This document shows, in pieces, positions 7,797-17,256 of a stretch of DNA of 64,000 nucleotides; positions within the stretch are counted from its first letter, which is position 1, and each line of letters opens with the position of its first letter. Where the stretch lies: positions 1,952,001-2,016,000 of the forward strand of contig CAWIIP010000002.1 in the NCBI GenBank assembly GCA_963836235.1, in the 5' to 3' direction. The stretch comes from an uncultured Pseudomonadota bacterium (GTDB taxonomy: Bacteria > Oederibacteriota > Muellerivitia > Muellerivitales > Muellerivitaceae). The notes beneath the pieces were generated by a model. It had not been told where the DNA came from. It did no database searches and saw only the letters and a program-made list of their open reading frames with translations. The position numbers and the translations under genes were made by a program.

Positions 7797-10493
7797 TTAA
7801 GCTTTTTCTTGGTTCGTCATCAAATCACTTTTCAAGGGCAGCGTGAAACGGAAGAGGGACCCGCCACCCGGCCCATTTTCAGCCGAAATCGTTCCGCCAT
7901 GAATCTCAATGATACCCTTACAAATGGAAAGTCCCAAGCCCGCTCCGCTCTTGGTTTCCTTTTGGGGTCCCCGGTAAAACTTCTCGAATAATCGGGGAAG
8001 ATCGGCTTCGGGGATTCCCGGCCCCCTGTCCGCCACTTCCATGACCAACCGGTTTTCCTTAACTTCCGCCGAGATATCGATAGGGGTTCCGTCGGGTGTG
8101 TATTTGAGGGCGTTGTCCAGGAGGTTCACCAGCACCTGTTCGATCAAAAGGGCGTCCATGGGGACCAAGGGGAGTTCGGGGGTGATTTGGGTGGTGAGGG
8201 AGCGGGATCCCAGCCTTCCCTCAACCCGTGCAATGGCCGATCCGATAATTTCCGCCGGGATATGCAGTTCCTTCCTCAATTGAACCGCGCCCGATTCGAG
8301 TTTGGTCATTTCCAAAAGATTATTCACCAGCCGTTCCAAACGCTCGGCTTCGTCGTGGATGTTTTCCAAAAGATCCCGGCGAGTCGCCGTCGGGAGGGAT
8401 TCCCCGTTATCCAACAGGCTGCTAGCCGAACCGGTGATGGCGGCCAAGGGCGTTCGCAAGTCGTGGGATACCGAACTCAAAAGGGAACTGCGCAGCCTTT
8501 CGGTTTCCACCTGCATCTGGGTTTGCTGCTGCTTTTCCGCCAGCTTGTCGCCGGCCACCGCCAACGCGGTCTGGTGGGCGAAGGCCTCCAACAAGTGCAA
8601 TTGCTCGGGAATTAAAAGTTTTTCAGGGTTGGATGGTTTCACCCCCAGGGCACCCACCGGAGCGCCGGAGGCCAACAAGGGTACGTAAAGCGCCTCCGTG
8701 CCGGGCAAAGTGTCGGTGCCCCGGCCCGCCATCTGGCCCAGGTCGAAAGCCCAGTGGGCCACGCCCATTTCCTTGGCGGTCAGGTTAAATTCATTCATCG
8801 CCCCACAATGGACTTTCAGCCGCCCGTTTTCATCGGGTAAAAAGGCGATGACGGAACTTTCAAAGACCTCGGAGATATGTTTGACCGCGATCTCTAAAAT
8901 TTCCTCAGTGCCCCGGGTGGAGGCCAACTCCCGCGACAGGGAGTAAAGGGCGGCAGTCCGCCGTTCCCGAAGGCGGGAAAGCTTGGCCTGGTTCCTGATC
9001 CTTACCGTCAAGTTACTGATAGAAAGGCCCACCAAGAGCATGACGAGGAACATAAAAATATATTGGGTGTCGGATACCGCGAAGGAGAAACGCGGGGGAA
9101 CGAAAAAGAAGTCGAAAGCGATGACGCTTAAAAAGGAAGCCAACGTGGAAGGGCCTAGGCCCTGGCGGTAGGAAAAGGCCAGTATGCCAAGCAGGTACAC
9201 CATAATGAGATTGGCCAGGTCCACTCTCGGAAATAGCAGCCAAGCTACACCGGTACTGATGGCTACCGTTAATAAGGAATAGCCATAACCCTTCCAGTCG
9301 ATGGATCTCTTGGACAGACCCGTTTGGGTCCGTCTTTTCTCTCTTAAATCGGCGATTTCGCCTTTGGTAGCGTAAACATCGATGTCCCCACTAGCCCTTA
9401 AAAGCTGATCCACGGGGGAAGGCTTTAATAGGCTTCGCCAGGAATATTGCGGGGGTTTGCCGATGAAGATCTTGGTGATGTTCCGTTCCCGGGCATAATC
9501 CATGACTTCCTCGGCGAAATTTTGGCCGCTTAAGGTGGCGGTTTCAGCTCCCAATTGTTCGGCCAAACGAAGGTGTTGGATGGCCCGGGTGCGCAATTCT
9601 TCCGAAAGGCCGGCCTGGGAAGGCGTTTCAACGTAAAGAGCTATCCAATTGGAGCGCAGGGATTTGGCCATACGGTGTGCGGCCCGCACCAGATTGGCCG
9701 ATGAGGGGCTGGGGGATACGCAAACCAAAATCTTGTCCGCTGTGGCCCAAGTTTGGGTGATGGCCTTGGTTTTTCGGTAGTCCTGCACCTGGTCATTGAC
9801 ACGGTCAGCGGTAATCCGCAGGGCCATTTCACGGAGCGCGATCAGATTGCCTTTGCGGAAGAAATTTTTGACGGCCCGCTGGGCCGCCTCGGCCATGTAA
9901 ACCTTTCCTTCCTGGAGGCGCTTTAAGAGGTCGTCGGGAGGGAGGTCAATCAACTCCACCTCATCGGCCGTTTCCAAAACCTTGTCTGGGAGGGTTTCAC
10001 GCACGACGACGCCGGTGATCTGGGCCACGATGTCGTTCAGACTTTCCAGGTGTTGGACATTGAGAGTGGAATAGACGTTCACCCCCAGGTCCAAGAGTTC
10101 CTGAACATCTTGCCAGCGTTTCAAATGCCGGGCGCCGGGCGCGTTGGTATGGGCCAATTCGTCGACCAAAAGAAGGCCGGGTTTGCGTTTCAGGGCCCCG
10201 TCAATGTCGAATTCCTTCAGCTTGGCTCCGCGGTATTCCAGTTCCTGGGAAGGAAGAATTTCGAGCCCCTCCAGCATGGCCGCTGTTTCCTTACGTCCAT
10301 GGGTTTCCAAAAGGCCCACCACCACGTCCACCCCCTCGGCCTTTTTGGCCCGGGCGGCTTCCAGCATCGAATAGGTTTTTCCCACGCCGGGCGAGGAGCC
10401 GAAAAAAATCTTCAGCTTGCCCCTTTTTTCCTGCGCGGCTTCCATTTGGACACGGTTGAGGAGCTGGTCGGGATCGGGGCGTTTGTCGTTCAT
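7797..10493 (-). CDS. kdpD: Full-length K+-sensing histidine kinase KdpD
   Basis: GKLKIFFG..PGVGKTY, VDELAHTN, USP domain, 4 TM, GAF, SHDLRTPL HisKA, HATPase. Confidence 0.97.
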   Translation of the reverse strand: MNDKRPDPDQLLNRVQMEAAQEKRGKLKIFFGSSPGVGKTYSMLEAARAKKAEGVDVVVGLLETHGRKETAAMLEGLEILPSQELEYRGAKLKEFDIDGALKRKPGLLLVDELAHTNAPGARHLKRWQDVQELLDLGVNVYSTLNVQHLESLNDIVAQITGVVVRETLPDKVLETADEVELIDLPPDDLLKRLQEGKVYMAEAAQRAVKNFFRKGNLIALREMALRITADRVNDQVQDYRKTKAITQTWATADKILVCVSPSPSSANLVRAAHRMAKSLRSNWIALYVETPSQAGLSEELRTRAIQHLRLAEQLGAETATLSGQNFAEEVMDYARERNITKIFIGKPPQYSWRSLLKPSPVDQLLRASGDIDVYATKGEIADLREKRRTQTGLSKRSIDWKGYGYSLLTVAISTGVAWLLFPRVDLANLIMVYLLGILAFSYRQGLGPSTLASFLSVIAFDFFFVPPRFSFAVSDTQYIFMFLVMLLVGLSISNLTVRIRNQAKLSRLRERRTAALYSLSRELASTRGTEEILEIAVKHISEVFESSVIAFLPDENGRLKVHCGAMNEFNLTAKEMGVAHWAFDLGQMAGRGTDTLPGTEALYVPLLASGAPVGALGVKPSNPEKLLIPEQLHLLEAFAHQTALAVAGDKLAEKQQQTQMQVETERLRSSLLSSVSHDLRTPLAAITGSASSLLDNGESLPTATRRDLLENIHDEAERLERLVNNLLEMTKLESGAVQLRKELHIPAEIIGSAIARVEGRLGSRSLTTQITPELPLVPMDALLIEQVLVNLLDNALKYTPDGTPIDISAEVKENRLVMEVADRGPGIPEADLPRLFEKFYRGPQKETKSGAGLGLSICKGIIEIHGGTISAENGPGGGSLFRFTLPLKSDLMTNQEKA

Positions 10494-10555
10494 GGAGTGA
10501 TTTTACGGCTCATCGGCGGCCACTGTCCATGAAACGGACCATCAAACTCCTTTAT

Positions 10556-10622
10556 TTTAATTTTTCCCTTATGCCTTGGGACTCCCTCTTAACAGCATCT
10601 TTATCCGGTTTCGCCTTATCTT
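10556..10622 (+). promoter_or_regulatory. Predicted KdpE-activated promoter of the kdp operon
   Basis: Half-sites TTTAAT(10556), CCTTAT(10567), CTTAAC(10588), CTTTAT(10599) spaced 11/21/11; candidate -10 TATCTT at 10617. Confidence 0.6.
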
Positions 10623-10718
10623 CTCTTCGACGGAAGATGAATGTCATCTTGTGTGACATGAATCATAAGTCAATTTGAAAAAGGGGCGAATAATGAATCC
10701 GCCCCGAAGAGGTGTGCC

Positions 10719-10865
10719 ATGACAAGGATATTGTTCCTGCTTAGTCCAATCATTTTCAGCGGGCTTTGCCTCCTGTTGGGGGAGACTTTCAACTGGCTGA
10801 AAAGGAGCCGCGGGGAGAGCGACTTCACGACGAAAATAGTTTTATCCCATCCGAGGAGGAAATAA
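10719..10865 (+). CDS. 48-aa single-TM small protein MTRILFLLSPIIFSGLCLLLGETFNWLKRSRGESDFTTKIVLSHPRRK
   Basis: GAGGTG RBS; hydrophobic N-terminus; stop 2 nt before the next ATG. Confidence 0.5.
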   Translation: MTRILFLLSPIIFSGLCLLLGETFNWLKRSRGESDFTTKIVLSHPRRK

Positions 10866-10867
10866 CC

Positions 10868-10966
10868 ATGTTGGAATTCTGGTGTGTAGCAATTTTCGTG
10901 GGGCTGTCCGCGTCGTCGATCTGGCTGATCTACGCCCTGGACGGAATGATGGGGAGTGAACCATGA
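10868..10966 (+). CDS. 32-aa hydrophobic peptide upstream of kdpF, MLEFWCVAIFVGLSASSIWLIYALDGMMGSEP
   Basis: GAGGAGG RBS; ATGA overlap with kdpF. Confidence 0.72.
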   Translation: MLEFWCVAIFVGLSASSIWLIYALDGMMGSEP

Positions 10967-11052
10967 ACCTGACTTACCTTATTAGTGGAATCGTTTCGGC
11001 GTTGCTTCTGGCCTACCTTTTGGTGGCGCTCCTGAAGCCGGAGAAGTTCTAA
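10963..11052 (+). CDS. kdpF: KdpF subunit MNLTYLISGIVSALLLAYLLVALLKPEKF
   Basis: Canonical YL..ALL.PEKF C-terminus; lies just before kdpA; absent from the ORF track. Confidence 0.92.
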   Translation: MNLTYLISGIVSALLLAYLLVALLKPEKF

Positions 11053-11133
11053 GGCGGCCTTTCGCCGCCTTGCGGTGGTTCAAGTGAGCCGTCGTTGTTT
11101 GCAAGACGGTTAGATTAAGAATGGAGAATAAGA

Positions 11134-12933
11134 ATGAATACCAATCAATGGATGCAGATCATCATTTTCTTCGTGGTACTCCTGGCCCTGGTAAAACCCT
11201 TGGGAACTTATATGGCCCGGGTTTACGGGGACAAACCCTTCTTCATGGAAAAACTGATCGGCTGGCTGGAAAGGCTGATCTACCGGATTTGCGGCATCAA
11301 CCCGAAGAAGGAAATGGACTGGAAGGGTTATGCGCTTGCCATGCTGGCCTTCAATATCATGGGGGGGATCTTCCTTTACACCCTCATGCGCGTCCAGCAA
11401 TGGCTACCCCTGAACCCGGCGGGCCAGTCCGCGGTCCCGCCCGACCTTTCCCTCAACACCGCCGTCAGTTTCATCACCAACACCAACTTCCAGTTCTACG
11501 GCGGGGAGACCACCCTCAGCTACCTGACCCAGATGTGCGGCATGACGGTGCAGAACTTCGTCTGCGCGGCATCCGGGCTGGCGGTCATGATCGCCCTCAT
11601 CCGGGGCATCGCCCGGAAGGAAACCACCAAGATCGGCAATTTTTGGGCCGACCTGGTCCGGGGCACCCTTTATATCGTCCTGCCCATGAGTTTCATCTTC
11701 GCCCTCGTCCTGCTCCAACAGGGGACGCCCCAGACCTTCGCCGCTTACCCCAGCGCCACGCTGGTCCAGCCGACTTCCTATGACCAGCCGGTGACGACCG
11801 CGGCCGGGGCGCCGGTGACGGGCAAGGACGGCAAACCCGAGACAACGCATGTGGCGGTGACCGAACAGCCTATCGCCCTGGGACCCATGGCCTCGCAGAT
11901 ATCGGTCAAGCAGCTTTTCACCAACGGGGGCGGTTTCATGAACGTCAACTCCGCCCATCCTTATGAGAACCCCACGCCATTGACCGATTTCCTTGAGCTC
12001 ATGGCCGTTTTCCTCATTTCCGTCGCCCAGTTCTACACCTTCGGCGTGATGGTCAAGGACCGGCGCCAGGGATGGGCGCTGATTATCGCCATGTTCCTCA
12101 TCTTCGCGCCGATGTTCTACCTGTGTTTCGCCTCCGAGCAAGGTGGGAACCCGGTCTTGAACAAGCTGACCATGGGGACGCATGGGGAAACTCTCCATGA
12201 CGGCAATATGGAGGGTAAGGAAGTGCGCTTCGGCATCGTCAATTCCACCCTTTGGGCCACGGCCTGTACGGCCACTTCCAACGGTTCGGTCAACTCCATG
12301 CACGATTCCTATACGCCCCTGGGGGGCCTGGTGCCCCTTTGGCTGATTGAATTGGGGGAGGTTATTTTCGGCGGGGTGGGCTGCGGGCTTTACGGCATGC
12401 TGGCCTTCGTCGTCGTGGCGGTTTTCGTGGCGGGGCTCATGGTGGGCCGAACCCCCGAGTACCTGGGGAAGAAGCTCGGGGCCTTCGAGACCAAGATAGC
12501 CTCCATCGCCATCCTGGTTCCGGCGCTCCTGACCTTGATTTGCACGGCCATCGCGGTGGTCTCCGACGGCGGCAAGGCCGGCCCCTCGAATCCCGGCGCG
12601 CACGGGTTCTCCGAAATCCTATACGGTTTTGCCTCCATGACCAACAACAACGGCAGCGCCTTTGCCGGGCTTAACGGCAATACCTTTTATGAACTGTTGG
12701 GGGCGGCGGCCATCTGGTTCGGGCGTTTCTGGATCAAGATTCCCGTACTTGCCCTGGCGGGAAGCCTGGCCAAAAAGAAGGTCGTGCCGGAAAGCGCGGG
12801 AACCCTCGCGACCCATACGCCCCTGTTTATCATCATGCTGATCTCCACGGTTTTGATCGTCGGGGCACTGGTGTTCTTCCCGGCCATGGCCCTAGGCCCT
12901 ATCGTGGAGCATTTAAAGATGCTGAAAATGTGA
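11134..12933 (+). CDS. kdpA: K+-transporting ATPase subunit A
   Basis: NTAVSFITNTN.Q.Y.GE, TNGGGF, NSAHPYENP, SNGSVNSMHDS, NNNGSAFAGL. Confidence 0.98.
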   Translation: MNTNQWMQIIIFFVVLLALVKPLGTYMARVYGDKPFFMEKLIGWLERLIYRICGINPKKEMDWKGYALAMLAFNIMGGIFLYTLMRVQQWLPLNPAGQSAVPPDLSLNTAVSFITNTNFQFYGGETTLSYLTQMCGMTVQNFVCAASGLAVMIALIRGIARKETTKIGNFWADLVRGTLYIVLPMSFIFALVLLQQGTPQTFAAYPSATLVQPTSYDQPVTTAAGAPVTGKDGKPETTHVAVTEQPIALGPMASQISVKQLFTNGGGFMNVNSAHPYENPTPLTDFLELMAVFLISVAQFYTFGVMVKDRRQGWALIIAMFLIFAPMFYLCFASEQGGNPVLNKLTMGTHGETLHDGNMEGKEVRFGIVNSTLWATACTATSNGSVNSMHDSYTPLGGLVPLWLIELGEVIFGGVGCGLYGMLAFVVVAVFVAGLMVGRTPEYLGKKLGAFETKIASIAILVPALLTLICTAIAVVSDGGKAGPSNPGAHGFSEILYGFASMTNNNGSAFAGLNGNTFYELLGAAAIWFGRFWIKIPVLALAGSLAKKKVVPESAGTLATHTPLFIIMLISTVLIVGALVFFPAMALGPIVEHLKMLKM

Positions 12934-13021
12934 AAACCAGTCGTCAGTCGGCAGTCCGCGGTCGGCAGCAAAGACTTCCAAAGCACTTACTGAAAACCAC
13001 TGACTGCCCCAAGGTGCGCAG

Positions 13022-13288
13022 ATGTTACAGATAGAAAAGGAAATGATCGGACTGCTGATGAAGGGGGCTTCCACCCCGATGGAGAACATCCAGGTTTCTT
13101 TTTTCCTGGTGGCCTGGTCCGCGTTGTTACTGGCCGTATTAAGGATGGTTCAACATGGCGAAGAAAAACAGGGCTTCACGCAAGCTGAAGGTATCCAAGA
13201 ACTCGCGAGGGATTTCGCGAAAAAAACCGGGGCCGAAACGCAAACCAAAGCCCGCCCCCCGGTCCGGCGGAAGGTTAATAGCAAATAA
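13022..13288 (+). CDS. Possible small single-TM protein between kdpA and kdpB
   Basis: AAGGTG upstream; one hydrophobic segment [16 protein letters not shown]. Confidence 0.35.
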   Translation: MLQIEKEMIGLLMKGASTPMENIQVSFFLVAWSALLLAVLRMVQHGEEKQGFTQAEGIQELARDFAKKTGAETQTKARPPVRRKVNSK

Positions 13289-13334
13289 AGTTTTGATTCA
13301 AGAGTTGCCAGATTCGAAAAGAGGAGAAAAGAAA

Positions 13335-15407
13335 ATGACAGAACACACGAAAGAACGAAAACTGTTTGAGGGCGAGATTACCCGTAAGGCGGTCCTCGAG
13401 TCCTTCAAAAAGCTGAACCCGGCCCACATGGTCAAGAACCCGGTCATGTTCACCGTTTGGGTCGGCAGCGTCTTGACCACAGGGCTTTGGCTGCAAGCCA
13501 TTTCCGGCAAGGGGGAGGCCGCCGCCGGCTTCATTTTCGAGGTTTCCCTGTGGCTGTGGTTCACGGTGCTTTTCGCCAATTTCGCGGAAGCCATGGCCGA
13601 GGGCCGGGGCAAGGCCCAGGCCGACACCCTGCGCAAGAGCCGCCAGGAAGTGAAGGCCAAGAAACTGGCCAAGCCCGAGAAGGATTCCAAGATGAGTGAA
13701 GTCCTGTCCGGCGACCTGCGCAAGGGCGACCTGGTGCTGGTGGAAGCGGGGGATTTCGTTCCCGCGGACGGGGAAGCAGTGGTGGGCGTGGCCATGGTGG
13801 ACGAATCGGCCATCACCGGCGAATCGGCCCCCGTGGTGAGGGAATCCGGTGGGGACCGCAGCGCGGTCACTGGCGGCACCAAGGTCATTTCCGACTGGCT
13901 TATCATCAAAGTTTCATCCAATCCGGGCGAGTCCTTCCTGGACCGCATGATTTCCATGGTGGAGGGCGCCAAGCGGCAGAAGACGCCCAACGAGATCGCC
14001 CTGAACATCCTCCTGGCGGCCTTGACCATCGTGTTCCTCATCGTCTGCGCCACCCTGCTGCCCTTTTCCATCTATAGCGTGGCGGTTTCGGGCTCGGGCC
14101 TGGTGGTGACCGTGACCGTTTTGGTGGCCCTTTTCGTGTGCCTGGCGCCTACCACCATCGGCGGTTTGCTATCGGCCATCGGCATCGCGGGCATGGATCG
14201 CATGATCCAGGCCAATGTCATCGCCATGTCGGGCCGGGCGGTTGAGGCCGCGGGTGACGTGGACATGCTTTTACTTGATAAAACCGGCACTATCACTTTG
14301 GGCAACCGCCAAGCTACCGAATTTATCCCTGCCGATGGCGTGGACATCAAGGAACTGGCTGAGGCCGCCCAACTTTCCTCGCTTTCGGACGAAACGCCCG
14401 AAGGGCGCAGTATCGTGGTTTTGGCCAAGGAAAAGTACGGGCTACGGGGGCAGGAGATTCACGACTTGCACGCCACTTTCGTGCCCTTCACGGCGCAAAC
14501 CCGCATGAGCGGCGTGGATATTGGGAAGCGCGCCATTCGCAAGGGAGCTGCCGAATCCATTGAGAACTACGTGAAAGACCAGGGGGGGAAATATCCGGAT
14601 GACGTGCGCAAGGGTGTGGATTCCATCTCACGCCTGGGTGGTACGCCCCTGGTGGTGGCCGATGGGAAAAGGGTCATGGGCGTCATCTATTTGAAGGACA
14701 TCGTCAAGGGAGGAATCCAGGAACGCTTCGCGGAATTGAGACGCATGGGCATCAAGACCGTAATGATCACGGGCGACAACCCCCTGACCGCCGCGGCCAT
14801 CGCGGCGGAAGCCGGCGTGGACGACTTTTTGGCCCAAGCCACGCCGGAAGCCAAACTGAAGCTCATCCGGGAATCCCAGGCGGGAGGCCGCCTGGTGGCC
14901 ATGGCGGGGGACGGCACCAACGACGCGCCGGCCCTGGCGCAAGCCGATGTGGCGGTGGCCATGAACACGGGCACCCAGGCCGCCAAGGAAGCGGGCAACA
15001 TGGTGGATTTGGATTCCAACCCCACCAAGCTGATCGAGGTGGTGAAGATCGGCAAACAGCTCCTCATGACCCGGGGTTCGCTGACCACCTTCTCCATCGC
15101 CAACGACGTGGCGAAATATTTCGCCATCATTCCGGCGGCCTTCGCGCTGACCTATCCGGAGCTCAACACCCTGAACATCATGCACCTGGCCACGCCGCAG
15201 TCGGCCATTTTGTCCGCCGTCATCTTCAATGCGGTCATCATCGTGTTCCTGGTGCCCCTGGCCCTCAAGGGGGTGAAGTACCGGCCCGCTTCGGCTTCCA
15301 AGCTATTACAGGATAATTTCCTGATATATGGGGTGGGGGGACTGATCGTGCCTTTTATCGGAATCAAGTTGATCGACATGATTTTAGTGGGATTGGGATT
15401 AGTCTAA
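13335..15407 (+). CDS. kdpB: K+-transporting ATPase subunit B
   Basis: GAGGAG RBS before MTEHTK; [25 protein letters not shown]. Confidence 0.98.
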   Translation: MTEHTKERKLFEGEITRKAVLESFKKLNPAHMVKNPVMFTVWVGSVLTTGLWLQAISGKGEAAAGFIFEVSLWLWFTVLFANFAEAMAEGRGKAQADTLRKSRQEVKAKKLAKPEKDSKMSEVLSGDLRKGDLVLVEAGDFVPADGEAVVGVAMVDESAITGESAPVVRESGGDRSAVTGGTKVISDWLIIKVSSNPGESFLDRMISMVEGAKRQKTPNEIALNILLAALTIVFLIVCATLLPFSIYSVAVSGSGLVVTVTVLVALFVCLAPTTIGGLLSAIGIAGMDRMIQANVIAMSGRAVEAAGDVDMLLLDKTGTITLGNRQATEFIPADGVDIKELAEAAQLSSLSDETPEGRSIVVLAKEKYGLRGQEIHDLHATFVPFTAQTRMSGVDIGKRAIRKGAAESIENYVKDQGGKYPDDVRKGVDSISRLGGTPLVVADGKRVMGVIYLKDIVKGGIQERFAELRRMGIKTVMITGDNPLTAAAIAAEAGVDDFLAQATPEAKLKLIRESQAGGRLVAMAGDGTNDAPALAQADVAVAMNTGTQAAKEAGNMVDLDSNPTKLIEVVKIGKQLLMTRGSLTTFSIANDVAKYFAIIPAAFALTYPELNTLNIMHLATPQSAILSAVIFNAVIIVFLVPLALKGVKYRPASASKLLQDNFLIYGVGGLIVPFIGIKLIDMILVGLGLV

Positions 15408-15425
15408 GAAAAGGAAAAGGTAAGA

Positions 15426-15536
15426 TTTACCGCGAAGGCGCGAAGAACACGAAGAAAGTCATTGCGATGAAAAAGAAATACTTGCTTTTGAAAATAGCCG
15501 GTGTTTTCGCGGACTCCGCGTCTTCGCGGTGAAAAT
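15426..15536. repeat. Intergenic long imperfect inverted repeat with 9-nt CGCGAAG-type units
   Basis: TTTACCGCGAAGGCGCGAAGAACACGAAG ... TTCGCGGACTCCGCGTCTTCGCGGTGAAA. Confidence 0.6.
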
Positions 15537-15549
15537 TTAGGAGGATTAC

Positions 15550-16143
15550 ATGTTTAAAGAATTAGGAATTCAATTCAGGATCTCATTGGCCGCCATGGTG
15601 TTTTTTACCCTCTTTTGCGGCCTCATTTACCCGGGGGTGGTGACCTTGGTGGGGCAGGCCGTGTTTCCCCGCCAAGCCAACGGCAGCCTGATCGAAGTGA
15701 ACGGAAAAACGGTGGGGTCGGAACTCATCGGCCAGCCTTTTGACGACCCTAAGTATTTCTGGGGCCGGCCTTCCGCGACCTCTCCTTTTGCCTACAACGC
15801 CGCCAATTCCAGCGGTTCCAACCTGGGCCCGACCAATCCGGCCTTTATCAGCTCCGTTAAGGCCAACGTGGACGCCCAGCGCAAGGCCAATCCGGACATG
15901 GCGGACAAGCCCGTGCCGATGGACCTGGTGACGGCCTCGGGATCGGGGCTGGACCCCCACATCAGCCCGGCGGGCGCCGAGTACCAGGCGGCCCGCGTGG
16001 CCAAGGTTAGGAACCTGGCCCCTGCCAAGGTGGAAGAATTGATCGCCCAAAATACCGATGGCCGCTGGCTGGGGTTCATCGGCGACCCGGGAGTAAACGT
16101 GTTGAAACTCAACCTCGCCCTGGACGCTTTGGACTCAAAGTAA
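15550..16143 (+). CDS. kdpC: K+-transporting ATPase subunit C
   Basis: [43 protein letters not shown]. Confidence 0.98.
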   Translation: MFKELGIQFRISLAAMVFFTLFCGLIYPGVVTLVGQAVFPRQANGSLIEVNGKTVGSELIGQPFDDPKYFWGRPSATSPFAYNAANSSGSNLGPTNPAFISSVKANVDAQRKANPDMADKPVPMDLVTASGSGLDPHISPAGAEYQAARVAKVRNLAPAKVEELIAQNTDGRWLGFIGDPGVNVLKLNLALDALDSK

Positions 16144-16176
16144 ACCGTTCGGTACGACGATTGCTGAGGGGGTTCC

Positions 16177-16518
16177 ATGAAAAAAATTGAGGCCATTGTC
16201 CGGCCCGAGAATTTCGAGAAAATCAAAGCCGCGATGGAAAGGGTCGGCTACGACGGAGTGACCCTGACCGAGGTGGAAGGCCAGGGGCGCCAGAAGGGCC
16301 TGGCCCAGCAGTTTAAGGGCTACAAATTCAACGTGGACTTTTTGCCTAAATTAAAAATGGAAATTGTGGCCGCCGACGGCGACGTCGCGAAGATCGTCCA
16401 GGCTATCCTGGGGACGAAGACCGGCGGACAGGCGGGGGACGGCAAGATATTCGTGTATGGTATTGAGGAAGCCTATCGCATCCGTGACGGAGAAAAAGGG
16501 GAAAAGGTTGTTTCCTGA
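16177..16518 (+). CDS. PII family signal transduction protein at the end of the kdp operon
   Basis: MKKIEAIVRP, G.GRQKG, FLPK, GDGKIFV; 33 nt after kdpC. Confidence 0.95.
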   Translation: MKKIEAIVRPENFEKIKAAMERVGYDGVTLTEVEGQGRQKGLAQQFKGYKFNVDFLPKLKMEIVAADGDVAKIVQAILGTKTGGQAGDGKIFVYGIEEAYRIRDGEKGEKVVS

Positions 16519-16630
16519 GGGGAAGTTCCGAGCGGGGCTTGCTTGGAGGGTGGGGATGTCCTTGATGCAAGAGGATTAAATCGGGCTAGGTGCGGAAATA
16601 ATGTTTCCTGCTTTCCGGTGAAGGCCATTT

Positions 16631-16697
16631 TTTTATTGTTTCTTAATATCCAGGGGTTCCTTCCTAAGAGAATTTTAATCTCTCTTTGTTCTAAGCT
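16631..16697 (+). promoter_or_regulatory. Predicted KdpE-type promoter of micropeptide 1
   Basis: TTTTAT(16631), CTTAAT(16642), CCTAAG(16663), TTTAAT(16674) spaced 11/21/11; -10 TAAGCT at 16692, same offset as in the kdp promoter. Confidence 0.55.
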
Positions 16698-16735
16698 TTT
16701 CTTAGATGTTTGTAGTTTAGTTTGAGGAGGGCGAA

Positions 16736-16816
16736 ATGGATTCAGGCATTCTGTCGTTTTTGATTTTGGGCGCCATGCTTTTACTGGCGGGTTTTTATTT
16801 GAAAGAGTATAAATGA
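16736..16816 (+). CDS. Membrane micropeptide 1, 26 aa, MDSGILSFLILGAMLLLAGFYLKEYK
   Basis: GAGGAGG RBS; own terminator; paralogue of the next two ORFs. Confidence 0.8.
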   Translation: MDSGILSFLILGAMLLLAGFYLKEYK

Positions 16817-16821
16817 TTTTT

Positions 16822-16861
16822 TTAAAAAGACCCTTCGCCCATGGGCGAAGGGTCTTTTTAA
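16822..16861. terminator. 40-bp perfect palindrome, bidirectional terminator
   Basis: TTAAAAAGACCCTTCGCCCA|TGGGCGAAGGGTCTTTTTAA. Confidence 0.85.
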
Positions 16862-16899
16862 TTTGTGAAGATATTTGACGGAAAGTTTTTACGCCTCAA

Positions 16900-16955
16900 G
16901 ATCAGTCTCGAATCTGATTCAAATCATGCGGTTTATACTCCCGGACTCCTATCTT
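16900..16955 (+). promoter_or_regulatory. Crp/Fnr-type class II promoter of micropeptide 2
   Basis: TGAT-TCAA-ATCA at 16915-16926; -10 TATCTT at 16950. Confidence 0.6.
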
Positions 16956-16997
16956 TGGATACTGACGATTGGGAATTTTATTTCAAGGGAGAGAAAA

Positions 16998-17075
16998 ATG
17001 GATTCAGGAGTTTGGTCATTGGTGGTCCTGGGTTTCATCGTCTTGTTGAGCGGCTTTTATTTGAAGGATTATTAA
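16998..17075 (+). CDS. Membrane micropeptide 2, 25 aa, MDSGVWSLVVLGFIVLLSGFYLKDY
   Basis: AAGGGAG RBS; own terminator; shares MDSG...GFYLK[ED]Y with peptide 1. Confidence 0.8.
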   Translation: MDSGVWSLVVLGFIVLLSGFYLKDY

Positions 17076-17088
17076 TTTAAAAATTTTC

Positions 17089-17120
17089 AAAGGCCCTTCC
17101 CCGTGGGAAGGGCCTTTTTT
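17089..17120 (+). terminator. Intrinsic terminator
   Basis: AAAGGCCCTTCCC-CGT-GGGAAGGGCCTTTTTT. Confidence 0.85.
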
Positions 17121-17158
17121 GTTGCGGGACATTTAATTGAAATTTTTTCGGCATTTAG

Positions 17159-17214
17159 GATCAGTTTTAGACCTGATTTAAATCATGGGGCTTTCCCGCG
17201 AGGGGGATTAAGGT
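17159..17214 (+). promoter_or_regulatory. Crp/Fnr-type class II promoter of micropeptide 3
   Basis: TGAT-TTAA-ATCA at 17174-17185; -10 TAAGGT at 17209; same box-to-ATG distance as copy 2. Confidence 0.6.
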
Positions 17215-17256
17215 TGTCTTGTGGTCGCCGTGGATTCCAGTTTGCGGGAGGGGAAA

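Noticed and set aside
11404-12603. 399-aa antisense ORF within kdpA and similar shadow ORFs in kdpB, amt and APC genes
   Set aside because: Expected from high GC3 codon bias; no motifs
13155-13334. Basic 60-aa N-terminal extension of KdpB in the ORF track
   Set aside because: A strong GAGGAG RBS precedes MTEHTK at 13335 and KdpB homology starts there; the extension cannot be fully excluded
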